Source: an uncultured beta proteobacterium
GTDB taxonomy: Bacteria > Pseudomonadota > Gammaproteobacteria > Burkholderiales > SG8-39
Reading direction: 5' to 3'
Assembly: GCA_963762785.1 (NCBI GenBank)
Contig: CAVXND010000079.1
Span: forward strand, 11,638 to 75,637
DNA: 64,000 nucleotides
Below are positions 63,598-64,000 of this stretch, piece by piece. Within the stretch, counting starts at the first letter, position 1. Each line of letters opens with the position of its first letter. Made by a program: the position numbers and the translations under genes. The notes below the pieces were generated by a model. It was given only the letters and a program-made list of their open reading frames with translations, was not told the origin of the DNA and did no database searches.

Positions 63598-64000
63598 ATG
63601 GCCAAAACCGCCGCCGACTGGGCCGCCCGACCCAAATTCCCCGCGACGCACTACGTCGACTCGCGGATCTACACCGATCCGGCGATCTTCGCGGAGGAGC
63701 GCGAGAAGCTCTTCCGCCCGAGCTGGATCATCGCCTGCCACGAGTCGGAGATCCCGAACGCCTTCGACTACCGGCTCTTCACCCACCCGGCCGGCGTGCC
63801 GCTGATCGTGGTGCGCGGCGACGACTCGAAGGTTCGGACCTTCTACAACATCTGCCCGCACCGCGGGAACACGATCCTGTACGACCCCGCGGGCAACGCG
63901 AAGCGGATGACGTGCATCTTCCACCAGTGGTCGTTCGATACCCGCGGCAGCTGCGTCGACATCTCGCGCGGCGAGCAGGGCTACCAGGACCGCTACGGCA
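63598..64000 (+). CDS. Rieske [2Fe-2S] ring-hydroxylating oxygenase alpha subunit (5' part; continues past the window end)
   Basis: Not in the ORF track (no stop). AGGAG precedes ATG 63598: MAKTAADWAARPKFPATHYVDSRIYTDPAIFAEEREKLF...CPHRGNTILYD...CIFHQWSF (CxH...CxxH). Confidence 0.75.
   Translation, partial: MAKTAADWAARPKFPATHYVDSRIYTDPAIFAEEREKLFRPSWIIACHESEIPNAFDYRLFTHPAGVPLIVVRGDDSKVRTFYNICPHRGNTILYDPAGNAKRMTCIFHQWSFDTRGSCVDISRGEQGYQDRYG

Overview
This is a very GC-rich chromosomal core segment. Gene content and synteny are typical of a betaproteobacterium: nrdAB, rplU-rpmA-obg-proB, ilvIHC-psd-pssA-leuA, ECF sigma-DUF3619-DUF3106-RDD, and lptFG/pepA-holC-valS. The right end carries a sulfur-oxidiser gene set: tusA, soeABC, aprMBA and a SoxCD/SorAB-type sulfite dehydrogenase. 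I call about 70 protein genes and one tRNA-Pro(CGG). Regulatory calls are several near-consensus sigma70 promoters, four -24/-12 (sigma54) promoters, NrdR boxes, intrinsic terminators, a Leu-rich leader ORF ahead of leuA, and a large helix-closed 5' leader ahead of a lytic transglycosylase gene. I saw no rRNA, CRISPR array, transposase, integrase or phage genes. The dominant technical feature is about 50 single-base indels, mostly +1, that break about 28 genes. These include essential genes (valS, proS, nrdA, nrdB, lptF, lptG, ilvC), so many long ORFs in the track are artificial fusions or fragments. I treat the indels as sequence error rather than biology, and I give whole-gene coordinates with approximate junctions. 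The most interesting biology is: (i) two tandem ~500-aa paralogues with a C-terminal PilZ-like (c-di-GMP receptor) signature, each behind its own sigma54-type promoter; (ii) three sulfite-oxidation routes co-located with tusA; (iii) the leuA leader ORF and the 182-nt helix-closed leader RNA; (iv) a rubrerythrin / Fe-S(CCG) / DUF3501 operon with a promoter-proximal palindrome. All functional calls rest on my own reading of the translations and on family knowledge from memory. No database search or folding program was run.
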